This document shows, one piece after another, positions 40,159-49,580 of a DNA stretch of 64,000 bases (position 1 is the stretch's first letter; each line of letters begins with the position of its first letter). The translations under genes were made by a program, and so were the position numbers. The notes under the pieces were generated by a model that did no database searches, was not told the origin of the DNA, and worked only from the letters and a program-made list of their open reading frames with translations. The DNA is from an uncultured Clostridia bacterium. GTDB taxonomy: Bacteria > Bacillota > Clostridia > TANB77 > CAG-508. The stretch lies in contig CAKPNI010000003.1 of the NCBI GenBank assembly GCA_934168355.1, positions 15,081-79,080 on the forward strand. Reading direction: 5' to 3'.

Positions 40159-41929
40159 AACAAGATTTTTAAAAACAGTAAATCAATTGCGAGGAATGAA
40201 TTTCATTGTGAAAAGTTATCAAAGAGGATACAGATGGGAAGAAGAGCAGGTAATAGACTTATTAAATGACTTGCAAGAATTTAGGAAAAATCAAGAAAAA
40301 AGCACAAAAGAAAGTAATATATATTGCCTTCAACCATTGGTTATAAAAAGAATACAAGAAAATGAATATGAAATTATAGATGGTCAACAAAGACTTACAA
40401 CTATATACATACTATTAAAATTTCTTGGAAAAAAAGTATATAATATAAGTTATGAAACAAGAGAAGGAAGCAAAGAGTTTTTAGAAAAAATTGATCAGGA
40501 GGCCAAAATTTCGACAAAGAATATAGACTATTATTTTATGAAAAATGCTTATAATGTTATCAAAAATTGGTTTCGAGAAACTGAAATAAAAACTGAAGAT
40601 GGGGCTTTAGGGGCTGAATTTGAAATTTTACTACTTGGAGGAAAGCCACAGGTACAATTTATTTGGTATGAAATCGAAGAACAAAAAGACGCACCGGAAG
40701 AAGTATTTAGTAGAATGAATGTGGGAAAAATACCATTAAATGATGCAGAACTTATAAAAGCCAAATTACTATTTTTTGTAAATCAAAATAATGAGAAAAA
40801 CAACTATGAAAGACAGCTTGAAATTGGAAATGAATGGGACACAATAGAACAAAGTTTAAGAAATGAAAGTTTTTGGAGATTTATAGTAAACGAAAAGATA
40901 CAAAAAAACAATAGAATTGAATATATATTTGATTATATTGCTCAATTCAATAAAGATAAAAAGAAAAAAAGTGAATATTACACATATGAGGAAATACAAA
41001 AAAGACTAGAAAAAGACAGCAATAATTACGAATTATGGAATAAAAAAGTAAAAAAATATTACAATATGTTTGAAGAATGGTACAATGACATAGAATTATA
41101 TAATTATATTGGTTTTTTAAATTTATATGGAAAAGAAACTTATAAACTTATAGATGAATATGAAAATAAGTGTAAAGAAAAAGATGAATTTAAAAAAAGA
41201 GTAAAACAACTAGTCATAAAAAGCGCAAAAGAAGAGATTGCCGAAAGAGTAGAAGATATATGTGAACTTACATATGAGGAAGATTATACAAAATTAAAAA
41301 AGCTATTAATTTTACTAAATATAATTGCAGATACCAAAATAAAGCAAAGATTTCCATTTGAAAGATGTCTTATAAGTGAATGGTCAATAGAACACATTCA
41401 TCCGCAAAATCCAGAAAAGTTAACAGATGACAAAAAAAAATGGATAAAATGGAGTGAAAGTGAAATAAAAACAGCTACAAGATTAGTTGAAAAATTTAAG
41501 AGTGAAAATCCAGAAAAAGCAAGCAAATATGAAGAAATTATTGGGGAACTAACAAATATAAAGGACAATGCTACAAATTTAAAAACAAATCAATTGCAAC
41601 ATATATTTGAAAATATATCAAATAAGATTATGGAAGATTATGGAAAAAAAGATATAAATACATTAGGAAATTTGGCACTTTTAGATAAAAACTTAAATAG
41701 TGAAATAAATAATAATTTCTTTGATACTAAAAGAAAAGAAATAATAGAGGCAGAAAAAAGAGGTATATATGTACCAACATGTACAAAAAATGTATTCATG
41801 AAATTTTATAGTAATAAACCAGACCAATTATATTTTTGGAAAGATGATGATAGAAGAGAATATAGAAAGGCAATGGAAAAGATGCTTAAAGAATTTTATG
41901 GAGAAGGAGAAAAAATAAATGATAAATAA
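40151..41929 (+). CDS. GmrSD-like fusion protein: N-terminal DUF262 (ParB-like NTPase/nuclease fold) plus C-terminal DUF1524 His-Me finger nuclease
   Basis: YQRGYRWEEEQV and IIDGQQRLTTIY (DUF262). SIEHIHPQNP ... LGNLALLDKNLNSEINNNFF (DUF1524 H..H..N..N). The start overlaps the upstream stop by 8 nt. Confidence 0.75.
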   Translation: MDETRFLKTVNQLRGMNFIVKSYQRGYRWEEEQVIDLLNDLQEFRKNQEKSTKESNIYCLQPLVIKRIQENEYEIIDGQQRLTTIYILLKFLGKKVYNISYETREGSKEFLEKIDQEAKISTKNIDYYFMKNAYNVIKNWFRETEIKTEDGALGAEFEILLLGGKPQVQFIWYEIEEQKDAPEEVFSRMNVGKIPLNDAELIKAKLLFFVNQNNEKNNYERQLEIGNEWDTIEQSLRNESFWRFIVNEKIQKNNRIEYIFDYIAQFNKDKKKKSEYYTYEEIQKRLEKDSNNYELWNKKVKKYYNMFEEWYNDIELYNYIGFLNLYGKETYKLIDEYENKCKEKDEFKKRVKQLVIKSAKEEIAERVEDICELTYEEDYTKLKKLLILLNIIADTKIKQRFPFERCLISEWSIEHIHPQNPEKLTDDKKKWIKWSESEIKTATRLVEKFKSENPEKASKYEEIIGELTNIKDNATNLKTNQLQHIFENISNKIMEDYGKKDINTLGNLALLDKNLNSEINNNFFDTKRKEIIEAEKRGIYVPTCTKNVFMKFYSNKPDQLYFWKDDDRREYRKAMEKMLKEFYGEGEKINDK

Positions 41930-44225
41930 ACAAAATTTTGATGAAGAAAAATATTCATTTTGGGATTTAATCCAAAAATTTAGAATTGAAATGCCTGTTA
42001 TCCAAAGAGATTATGTTCAAGGAAGAAAAGACCAAGAAGCTACACAAATAAGGCAAAAACTAATTAAAGACATAAAAAAAGCAATAGATGGAGAAAAGAA
42101 AATAGAATTTGACTTTATATATGGAAGTGTAAATGAGGAAATGGAATTATCTTTATTAGATGGACAACAAAGAATAACAACTCTATTTTTATTATACTGG
42201 TATTTTGCGAAAAAAGAAGGAAAATTAAATGAAGAAACCAAAAACATATTAAAAAAATTTTCATATAAAAACAGAATAAGTTCGAGAGAATTTATAAATA
42301 ATTTGATAGACTGTGAAATTGAGATAAATAAAGAAAAAAGTATTAGTGAACTTATAAAAAACAAAACCTGGTTTTTTAGCGGATGGATTAAAGATCCAAC
42401 TATTGAAAACATGCTAAATATGTTAGATGAAATAAATCTTAAATTATATAATGAAAAAGCCTTTGACCAATTAACAAGTGACCAATGTCCAATTAAATTT
42501 TATTTTATTGAGTTAAAAAGATTTAATTTAACAGATGAACTATACATAAAAATGAATTCCAGGGGAAAAAAGTTAACAAAGTTTGAAATATTAAAGTCTA
42601 AAATAATAGAAATTTTGAAAAAATACGGATATTTGGATTTAAAAGAGGAGTTTGAAAGAAAGATAGATTCTGCTTGGACAGATTTGTTTTGGGATTATAA
42701 AGATGAAAAAAACTTAATAGATGATGTGTTTGTTAGATATATATACTACATAACAGAAATGATATATGAAATAAGAATAGACACAAGAACAAGAGATGAT
42801 CAAAAGCAAGAATCTCCTTTTGTATATAATGATAAAGAATTTATATTGGATTTAAATTTAGTAGAAAAAACATATAAAAACAAAGAAAATGTAGAATTAT
42901 TAATAAATATACTAAATATTTGGAAGAGTAAAGAAGAAATTGATAAAGATTTTTCTAAAGTATTTAGTAGCAAGTATGAAAAAGGAAAAATATGCTTATT
43001 TAATGATAAAATTAATTTATTTGAAAGTTGTATAAATGGAGAAAATTTTGGAATAGCTGAAAAAATAATTTTGTTCGCATTTTTAATCAGAAGAATGAAA
43101 GAAACACAGATAAGTGAAGACACAATAGATTATATAAGGGTTGTAAGAAACATACTCCAATCAATCAGATATTTTGATAATACAAAAGTTAGCTATATGC
43201 CAAATATTCGTTATGTTGAAATAAAAGATTATTTTGATGTTTTTACTAAACTAGATAATAAGAGAAATATATATGAAAATTTAAAGAACTTAGAAGTTGA
43301 AAAGCGTCAAAACATAATAAAAAATGAAAAGGAAAAAGCAAAATTAATTACTCAAAATAAAGAAAGATATAAAGATATAATTTTTAGATGTGAAGATATT
43401 AAAGCTACAAGAGGAATTTTAACAAATTTCATAGATTTAATAAAAGAACATCCAAATGAAATGAAGCAGTTTATTAGTATTTTTGAAGATGAAGAAAACA
43501 TAATAAACATATATAGAGCAATGCTTTCAATAAACGACTATGGAATAGATGTGGGAAAAAGACAGTATAGATATTTTTATGGAGATGGAAATGATTTATA
43601 TAACATAATGACATTTGACAATGACAAAGATACAATAAAATCAACTTTAAATGAATTATTTAATAAATATGAAAAAGAAGAAGGAACACCTAAAGAAAAA
43701 ATAGAAAATATTATGCAAAAAAATCTATCTAACTATGAAAAAACAGACTGGCAGTACTATCTAATAAAATATAAATTAATATGGCAAAGAAAAGAAATTG
43801 ACAAAGAAGGTAACATAATAAACTACATACCAGATAACAAAAATATTTTAATATTTAATGACTCTTTTGATGGCAAAAATAGTTTAAAGATTTGTACGCT
43901 AACCAAAACAACATTTAAAAGTAGGCATATTAGTCCATATTATAAAGCTATATTTAATCAGTATAATTTGATTTTTAATGATTGTTATTCTACAGAAGAT
44001 GATTATGGAAGAATAGCGCTAAAAAACGGAATTTATATTGAAATAAATGAAAATGGATTTATAGTTGAAATGATTGATAGTAAAAAAGATATAGCATCAC
44101 AGATTTTAAGAGAAAAATATAATTGCAAAGAATTAGAAAACAATAAATTACTAGTTAATTTTAAAGATGAACTTGATTTTATAGAACAAGAAAAAGAAAT
44201 GGTAGAAGCGGTTATTTATATATAA
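41919..44225 (+). CDS. DUF262-domain protein with ~500-aa unassigned C-terminal region
   Basis: PVIQRDYVQGR and LLDGQQRITTLFLLYWY (DUF262). No HNH/DUF1524 motif found by eye. Overlaps the upstream gene by 11 nt. Confidence 0.65.
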   Translation: MINKQNFDEEKYSFWDLIQKFRIEMPVIQRDYVQGRKDQEATQIRQKLIKDIKKAIDGEKKIEFDFIYGSVNEEMELSLLDGQQRITTLFLLYWYFAKKEGKLNEETKNILKKFSYKNRISSREFINNLIDCEIEINKEKSISELIKNKTWFFSGWIKDPTIENMLNMLDEINLKLYNEKAFDQLTSDQCPIKFYFIELKRFNLTDELYIKMNSRGKKLTKFEILKSKIIEILKKYGYLDLKEEFERKIDSAWTDLFWDYKDEKNLIDDVFVRYIYYITEMIYEIRIDTRTRDDQKQESPFVYNDKEFILDLNLVEKTYKNKENVELLINILNIWKSKEEIDKDFSKVFSSKYEKGKICLFNDKINLFESCINGENFGIAEKIILFAFLIRRMKETQISEDTIDYIRVVRNILQSIRYFDNTKVSYMPNIRYVEIKDYFDVFTKLDNKRNIYENLKNLEVEKRQNIIKNEKEKAKLITQNKERYKDIIFRCEDIKATRGILTNFIDLIKEHPNEMKQFISIFEDEENIINIYRAMLSINDYGIDVGKRQYRYFYGDGNDLYNIMTFDNDKDTIKSTLNELFNKYEKEEGTPKEKIENIMQKNLSNYEKTDWQYYLIKYKLIWQRKEIDKEGNIINYIPDNKNILIFNDSFDGKNSLKICTLTKTTFKSRHISPYYKAIFNQYNLIFNDCYSTEDDYGRIALKNGIYIEINENGFIVEMIDSKKDIASQILREKYNCKELENNKLLVNFKDELDFIEQEKEMVEAVIYI

Positions 44226-44319
44226 TAAAAGTGAATAAATAAAAGAAGTTCTGTACATATTAACTATATAATTCCCCAATAGAGAACCATCTCCCATTGG
44301 GGAGAAAGGAAGAAAAAAT

Positions 44320-44758
44320 ATGTCAGAACATCCAATAGAGGGCTTGATGCTTACAGCAATGAATAGTATAAAAGATATGGTAGATGTAAATACCATAATA
44401 GGCGAACCAATTCAATGCTCGAACAATACTGTTATAATACCAATTTCAAAGGTGTCATTTGGATTTGCAGCAGGAGGAAGTGAGTTTAAAGGCGAAACAA
44501 TAGATGAATACAACAAAAAAGACAAAGATGAGCAAATTCAATATAGACTACCTTTTGGAGGAGGCGCAGGTGCTCGGTGTTTCAATAAACCCAATAGCAT
44601 TTTTAGTCGTGCAATCAAATGTGGTAAAACTTTTACCAGTTGACCATGATAATACATTTGATAAAATCCTAGATTATGTGCCAGATTTAATGGAAAAATT
44701 AAATTGCATGATGAATAAATGTTTACAAAATAAAAAAGAAGAAAATGAGCAAGAATAA
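44320..44758 (+). CDS. ytfJ: Sporulation protein YtfJ (GerW family), readable only with a +1 shift at CGG 44575
   Basis: MSEHPIEGLM..VNTIIGEPI..IIPISKVSFGFAAGGSEF..PFGGGAGA | GVSINPIAFLVVQSNVVKLLPV. The two halves lie in track ORFs 44320..44643 and 44504..44758. Confidence 0.7.
44575..44577 (+). other. In-frame CGG at frame break (GCT-C-GGT)
   Basis: Skipping C 44575 joins the two conserved YtfJ halves. Confidence 0.8.
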
Positions 44759-44761
44759 ATA

Positions 44762-44881
44762 TTATTCTTGCTCAAAATATGCACAATTAGAATTAGAAGA
44801 ATTTCTCTTATTTGAAGTAGTTTGCTCACAAGTGCATTCTCCGTTTTTTTGATATTTACAATTTTCAGTGCAAGCTATCAT
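44762..44881 (-). CDS. Small cysteine-rich protein (DUF1540-like), below the ORF-track cut-off
   Basis: GGAGG - 7 nt - ATG. Product MIACTENCKYQKNGECTCEQTTSNKRNSSNSNCAYFEQE (39 aa). Confidence 0.4.
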   Translation of the reverse strand: MIACTENCKYQKNGECTCEQTTSNKRNSSNSNCAYFEQE

Positions 44882-44941
44882 AAAATTTCCTCCTACCCAA
44901 AACATATTATTTGTAAAAACGACATAAATATACAAAATTTT

Positions 44942-45573
44942 TTATTTTTGCGTATATTGGCAAAATTCTTTTACACTACAATTTTCACACAAAGGTTTCT
45001 GAGCCTTGCAAGTATATCTTCCGGTGCCAAATAAATAAGTGGTTAACATCTTTATAATCTTTTTTATCAATTTGTCTTAATAAATCTTGCTCAATTTTAG
45101 ATGGGTCTTTTTCATTTGATAAACCAAGTCTATTAGAAATTCTTTTACAATGAGTATCAACTGCGATGCCGCTTAGCCTCGCCAAAAACTTCAAGCATGA
45201 TGACATTAGCACTTTTTCTACCAACACCTGCTAAAGTTACTAAATCATCCATATTTGAGGGAACTATCCCCTCAAAATTTTCTAAAATTTGATTAGCACA
45301 TTTTTTTATATTTTTTGCTTTATTTTTATAAAATCCACAAGGATGGATTAAAAATTCTAATTCCTCCAAATCACAATTTGCAAAATCCTCAATTGTTTTA
45401 TATTTTGCAAAAAGCGCTGGAGTTGTTAGGTTTACTCTTTCATCAGTACATTGGGCAGATAAACATACTGCAACAACTAGCTGAAAAGGTGTATGAAAAT
45501 CTAAGCTACATTTGGCATCAGGATAAGTTTTTCTTAAAGTATTTATTAAATTATTTATATCATTTTTTTTCAT
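44942..45573 (-). CDS. nth: Endonuclease III, readable only with two +1 shifts at CGG codons
   Basis: HhH-GPD motif LVTLAGVGRKSANVIM, GIAVDTHCKRISNRLGL, and a terminal CKAQKPLCENCSVKEFC (C-x6-C-x2-C-x5-C) recovered only after the second shift. Confidence 0.75.
45021..45023 (-). other. In-frame CGG at frame break (CAC-C-GGA)
   Basis: Skipping the C gives LFIWHGRYTCKAQKPLCENC. Confidence 0.8.
45169..45171 (-). other. In-frame CGG at frame break (AAG-C-GGC)
   Basis: Skipping the C gives VFGEAKGIAVDTH. Confidence 0.8.
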
Positions 45574-45700
45574 GTTAATTTTAGTCCTTTCATTAAATTA
45601 TGTACAATATAAATTATATAAGGAATATTCCGATTTGTCAAAAGGTAACAATAATCTACAAAAATCATATAATATTACTAAAAGAGTTGGAGGTAATGAT

Positions 45701-45850
45701 ATGAAAGGATTTTTGAAAAAAACATGTGGGGTAGCTTTAATTGGATTAGGCTTTGGCATTTTGATGGTTCTATTACTTCCAATAACAGGATGGTTAATTA
45801 TAATCGGGCTTGCTGTAGTTGCCATAGGCTTTATATGGCTTGCTTGCTAA
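45701..45850 (+). CDS. Small two-TM membrane protein
   Basis: GGAGGT RBS. Product MKGFLKKTCGVALIGLGFGILMVLLLPITGWLIIIGLAVVAIGFIWLAC. Confidence 0.35.
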   Translation: MKGFLKKTCGVALIGLGFGILMVLLLPITGWLIIIGLAVVAIGFIWLAC

Positions 45851-45866
45851 GAGGGAGGTACATAAA

Positions 45867-45941
45867 ATGACAATTGTTGTAAAAAAAGTTCCAAAAGCTT
45901 TTAGAGGGATTGTGAAGTTTTTGTTTAGGATAAAAGAGTAG
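45867..45941 (+). CDS. spoVM: SpoVM-like 24-aa amphipathic peptide, below the ORF-track cut-off
   Basis: GAGGGAGG RBS. Product MTIVVKKVPKAFRGIVKFLFRIKE resembles B. subtilis SpoVM (MKFYTIKLPKFLGGIVRAMLGSFRKD, quoted from memory). Confidence 0.45.
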   Translation: MTIVVKKVPKAFRGIVKFLFRIKE

Positions 45942-46000
45942 ATTTCGTATTGGGGACGGTTCTTTTCGCAAAAAGAACCGTCCCCAATACGAAATTTTTT
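45942..46000. repeat. Palindromic repeat, copy H
   Basis: atttcgtattggggacggttcttttcgcaaaaagaaccgtccccaatacgaaat followed by TTTTT. Confidence 0.85.
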
Positions 46001-46056
46001 ACAAAACTGTTGACGAAACTCACAAAAAATGATATAAATATAAGGAAGGTTTTAAC

Positions 46057-46131
46057 GGCCCCTTGGTCAAGCGGTTAAGACGTGGCCCTCTCAAGGCCAA
46101 ATCATGGGTTCGATTCCCGTAGGGGTCACCA
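46057..46131 (+). tRNA. tRNA-Glu (anticodon CUC), CCA encoded
   Basis: GGCCCCT acceptor / AGGGGTC. D arm GTC-AAGCGGTTAA-GAC. Anticodon stem TGGCC/GGCCA with loop CTCTCAA. T arm ATGGG-TTCGATT-CCCGT. Confidence 0.85.
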
Positions 46132-46236
46132 AAATAAAAGTAGCATTAGAGTAGAAAGGACTAATCCCCATTCTACTTTATTTGTTTTTAAGTAGGAAAA
46201 ATTGTGTAGTAATAATAAAAGTAGGAAGGAAGAAAA

Positions 46237-46722
46237 ATGGAAGAAGAAAAAGAAAACAATAAAATAATAAGAAAAAAAATATTTGAAAATATAATAATAG
46301 CAATAGCAATAGTATTATATTTTGTAATAATAAACTTTTCATATTCAAGAATGGAAGAAGATATGTTGTTACAAGGTATCAAAATGGCAAGTATGGGAAT
46401 ATTAGCTTTAAGTATAGTAACATTTGAAATTGCTTATCATAAAGATAGTGGAAGAATAGCAATAAATGGAATAGAAATACTAATACTTGCAATACAAACA
46501 TTAACTATATGGACAGTAATAAATAGACTAAAAATAGAATTTAATAAATATATACTTTTTTCAACATATGCATTTGCAATATATTATGTATTAAAATCAA
46601 TAATAATTTACACAATAGAAAAAAAGAAATATTTAGATAGCTTAAGTGATATTCATGAAATAGTAAGTAATGAGCCAGTAAAAAAAGAAGCAAAGAAGAG
46701 AAAAAATAAAGAAAATCCTTAA
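46237..46722 (+). CDS. Hypothetical four-TM membrane protein
   Basis: 161-aa ORF with AGGAAGGAAG RBS. Confidence 0.4.
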   Translation: MEEEKENNKIIRKKIFENIIIAIAIVLYFVIINFSYSRMEEDMLLQGIKMASMGILALSIVTFEIAYHKDSGRIAINGIEILILAIQTLTIWTVINRLKIEFNKYILFSTYAFAIYYVLKSIIIYTIEKKKYLDSLSDIHEIVSNEPVKKEAKKRKNKENP

Positions 46723-46799
46723 AAAAGCCTGTTTTTACTAGACTTAATCACAAAAATGTGATAAAATAAAAAAGATTTAAAAAATGGGAGGAAGAAGCT

Positions 46800-47069
46800 A
46801 TGAAATTAGTAAATATAGGTTTTGGAAACACAGTTGCAGCAGACAAAATAGTAGCCATAGTGAGCCCTGATTCGGCTCCGATAAAAAGAATGGTACAAGA
46901 TGCAAAAGATAATGGAACAGCAATAGACGCAACATTTGGAAGAAAAACAAGAGCAGTGCTTATAATGGATTCTGACCACATTGTATTATCAGCAGTTCAA
47001 GCAGAAACAGTAGCTGATAGAATTGATAAAGAAAGGAATGATAACTATGATGGTAAAGCCAACAGTTAA
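46800..47069 (+). CDS. remA: RemA (DUF370) biofilm/matrix regulator
   Basis: [71 protein letters not shown] is near-canonical RemA. Confidence 0.85.
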   Translation: MKLVNIGFGNTVAADKIVAIVSPDSAPIKRMVQDAKDNGTAIDATFGRKTRAVLIMDSDHIVLSAVQAETVADRIDKERNDNYDGKANS

Positions 47070-47298
47070 GGATTTACTTAACCATGCAGAAAATAGATTT
47101 GCATTAGTAATTGCAACATCAAGAAGAGCAAGACAAATAGCAAACGGAGACAAAAAATTAACAAACGTAGATGAAGAATCTCCAGTAACGCTTGCAGCAA
47201 ATGAAATAAATGAAGGAAAAGTAGAAATAATTAAAGCTGATGAAGAATATGATGACGAGAATGAAGATGTATCATTATTAGAAAATGAAGAAAAATAA
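47047..47298 (+). CDS. rpoZ: DNA-directed RNA polymerase subunit omega
   Basis: [25 protein letters not shown]. The start overlaps the remA 3' end. Confidence 0.7.
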   Translation: MMVKPTVKDLLNHAENRFALVIATSRRARQIANGDKKLTNVDEESPVTLAANEINEGKVEIIKADEEYDDENEDVSLLENEEK

Positions 47299-47313
47299 AA
47301 GGAGAAATAAAAA

Positions 47314-47889
47314 ATGATAATTATATTATCTGGAGTAGCAGGAGCTGGAAAAGACACAATAAAAAAAGAAATCATAAAAAGGATGAATTTTGTAGAATCT
47401 TTGCCATCATATACATCAAGGCCACCAAGAGAAGGCGATATCCCAGGACAAACATACAATTTTGTATCAAAAGCAGAATTTGAAGAAATGATAGAAAGAA
47501 AAGAATTTTACGAATTTGATATACATCATAATAATTATTATGGGGTGCCAAGAAAATTATTAAATGAAAAAATAGAGCAAGGAAAAGTAATAATAAAAGA
47601 TGTAGATGTAAATGGTACACAAAATTTAGTAAGATTACTAGGACAGGACACAAAAATAGTAACAATATTTTTAAGAGTACCAAAAGAAGAATTAGAAAGA
47701 AGACTAAAAGAAAGAATCGAGAAGCCATCTCCAGAGGAAATAACTTTAAGATTGAACAGATTTGATTATGAAGAATCAAAAATAGGAATCTATGATTATG
47801 TATTAAAAAACAATGATTTAGAAAAAACAGTACAAATAATAATGTCTATAATAGAAAATGAATTAAAACTTGAAAATCCAGAATTTTAA
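47314..47889 (+). CDS. gmk: Guanylate kinase
   Basis: P-loop LSGVAGAGKDT. SYTSRPPREGDIPGQTYNFVSKAEFEEMI. Confidence 0.8.
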   Translation: MIIILSGVAGAGKDTIKKEIIKRMNFVESLPSYTSRPPREGDIPGQTYNFVSKAEFEEMIERKEFYEFDIHHNNYYGVPRKLLNEKIEQGKVIIKDVDVNGTQNLVRLLGQDTKIVTIFLRVPKEELERRLKERIEKPSPEEITLRLNRFDYEESKIGIYDYVLKNNDLEKTVQIIMSIIENELKLENPEF

Positions 47890-47941
47890 GAATGAAAAGC
47901 TGAAATATATTTATATTTCAGCTTTTAGAAAAGGGAAAAAT

Positions 47942-48838
47942 ATGATAGAATTACTAAAAAAATGTGAAATATGTCCACATAAATGTAAAATAGATAGAAC
48001 CAAAAATCAAGTTGGAAGATGTAAATCAAAAGATACTGTAAAAGTTGCCTTGTTTTCTATTCACAAATTTGAAGAACCATGTATAAGTGGAAAAAATGGG
48101 TCTGGAACTGTATTCTTTTCAAATTGCAATTTGTCCTGTGATTTTTGCCAAAATTATGAGATAAGTCAACAAGGAAATGGAAAAGAAATATCAATAGAAA
48201 GATTATCCGAAATTTTTATAGAACAACAAGAAAAAGGAGCTAATAATATAAACTTAGTATCTCCAACGAGTTATGCAGTACAAATAATAGAAGCCATCAA
48301 AATTGCCAAAAGTAAAGGATTAAAAATACCGATAATTTATAATACAAATGGATACGAAAATATAGAAACAATAAAAATGCTAAATGGCTATATAGATATA
48401 TATTTACCAGATTTGAAATATGCAGAAAATGAACTGGCAAAAAAATATTCCAAAATTGAAAATTATTTTGAAATTGCAACTGAAGCTATAAAAGAAATGA
48501 ATAAACAAGTTGGAAGGAATGAATATGATGAAAATGGAATAATAAAAAAAGGAATAATAATAAGACATCTAATACTTCCAAATCATACAGAAAATACAAA
48601 AAAGGTATTAAAATGGGTAAGTGAAAATATGCCAAGAGATATAACAATAAGCATAATGGCACAGTATTTTCCAACTTATAAGGCAAAAAATATAAAAGAT
48701 ATTAACAGGAAAATAACAAAATATGAATATAAAAAAATAGAGAATTATTTATATTCGTTAGATTTACAAAATGGATATATACAAGAAATAGGAAAAAACG
48801 AAGAAGAATATGTTCCCAAATGGGAAATAAATGTATAA
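47942..48838 (+). CDS. Radical SAM protein, PflX/pyruvate formate-lyase-activase-like
   Basis: CNLSCDFCQNY (CxxxCxxC) and an N-terminal CEICPHKCKIDR..GRC cluster. Confidence 0.7.
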   Translation: MIELLKKCEICPHKCKIDRTKNQVGRCKSKDTVKVALFSIHKFEEPCISGKNGSGTVFFSNCNLSCDFCQNYEISQQGNGKEISIERLSEIFIEQQEKGANNINLVSPTSYAVQIIEAIKIAKSKGLKIPIIYNTNGYENIETIKMLNGYIDIYLPDLKYAENELAKKYSKIENYFEIATEAIKEMNKQVGRNEYDENGIIKKGIIIRHLILPNHTENTKKVLKWVSENMPRDITISIMAQYFPTYKAKNIKDINRKITKYEYKKIENYLYSLDLQNGYIQEIGKNEEEYVPKWEINV

Positions 48839-48966
48839 ATGTAATAAAAATGTAATAATTATGTAATAAAAAAGTAATAATCAAAATTTGCAATAATACT
48901 TGATTAATTTTTATATTTGTAGTATAAAAGAAATAGAGTATTTTAAAAATACAAAGGAGGAAAAAA

Positions 48967-49401
48967 ATGGCAGATTTTAATCGTAATCAAAATGGAGTTT
49001 TTGGTGAAGTAAAATTAAACGAAAACGAAAATCAAACAGAAAGTACTTCTTTTTTCGAAGGTACAATAAGTGGTGCAAATGTTAATGGTGCAAATCAAAA
49101 TAAAGCAAGTATTTTTGAATTTAAACCAATGGAAGATGCTGGAAAAATATTTGATAATAATTCATTTGGATCTTTCAATAATGGTGCTAACTTTGAACCA
49201 ATCGAAAAAAACAAAGCAATTACAAAACAAGGTCTATGGTCAAAAGTAAAAGCATTCTTATTCCAAGAAATTGACTTAAATGCACCTGTAAAAGTTGAAT
49301 TAACTCCATATCAACAAAAAGTTGAAGATGAAATTAATGAATTCTTACATCAAGAAATTACTTTTAAGGGAATCGCAAATTTCTTTAAAGGAAACAAATA
49401 A
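48967..49401 (+). CDS. Hypothetical protein
   Basis: 144-aa ORF with AAGGAGG RBS. N/G/F-rich. No motif recognised. Confidence 0.35.
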   Translation: MADFNRNQNGVFGEVKLNENENQTESTSFFEGTISGANVNGANQNKASIFEFKPMEDAGKIFDNNSFGSFNNGANFEPIEKNKAITKQGLWSKVKAFLFQEIDLNAPVKVELTPYQQKVEDEINEFLHQEITFKGIANFFKGNK

Positions 49402-49403
49402 AG

Positions 49404-49433
49404 ACACATGCACATCGTTGTATGTGTTTTTTT
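49404..49433 (+). terminator. Rho-independent terminator
   Basis: acacatgca / tgtatgtgt stem followed by TTTTTTT. Confidence 0.6.
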
Positions 49434-49500
49434 GGCGAAAAGAAACGATTCCGATGGAAAAAGAACTTATCATTTCACGAAAAGAAACAGTCTTAATAAG
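49434..49500. repeat. Repeat family, copy I (degenerate direct half-elements)
   Basis: ggcgaaaagaaacgattccgatggaaaaag and tcacgaaaagaaacagtcttaat. Confidence 0.5.
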
Positions 49501-49580
49501 AAATTTTTACAAAAAGTTGTATAAATTTTTCCTTTTTTGACACAATAAGATTAGAAAACAAAATTAAGGAGGAAAAAAGA

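Noticed and set aside
44822-45034. 70-aa plus-strand ORF between ytfJ and nth.
   Set aside because: It lies antisense to the Cys-rich mini-gene and the 3' end of nth, with no RBS and a low-complexity product.
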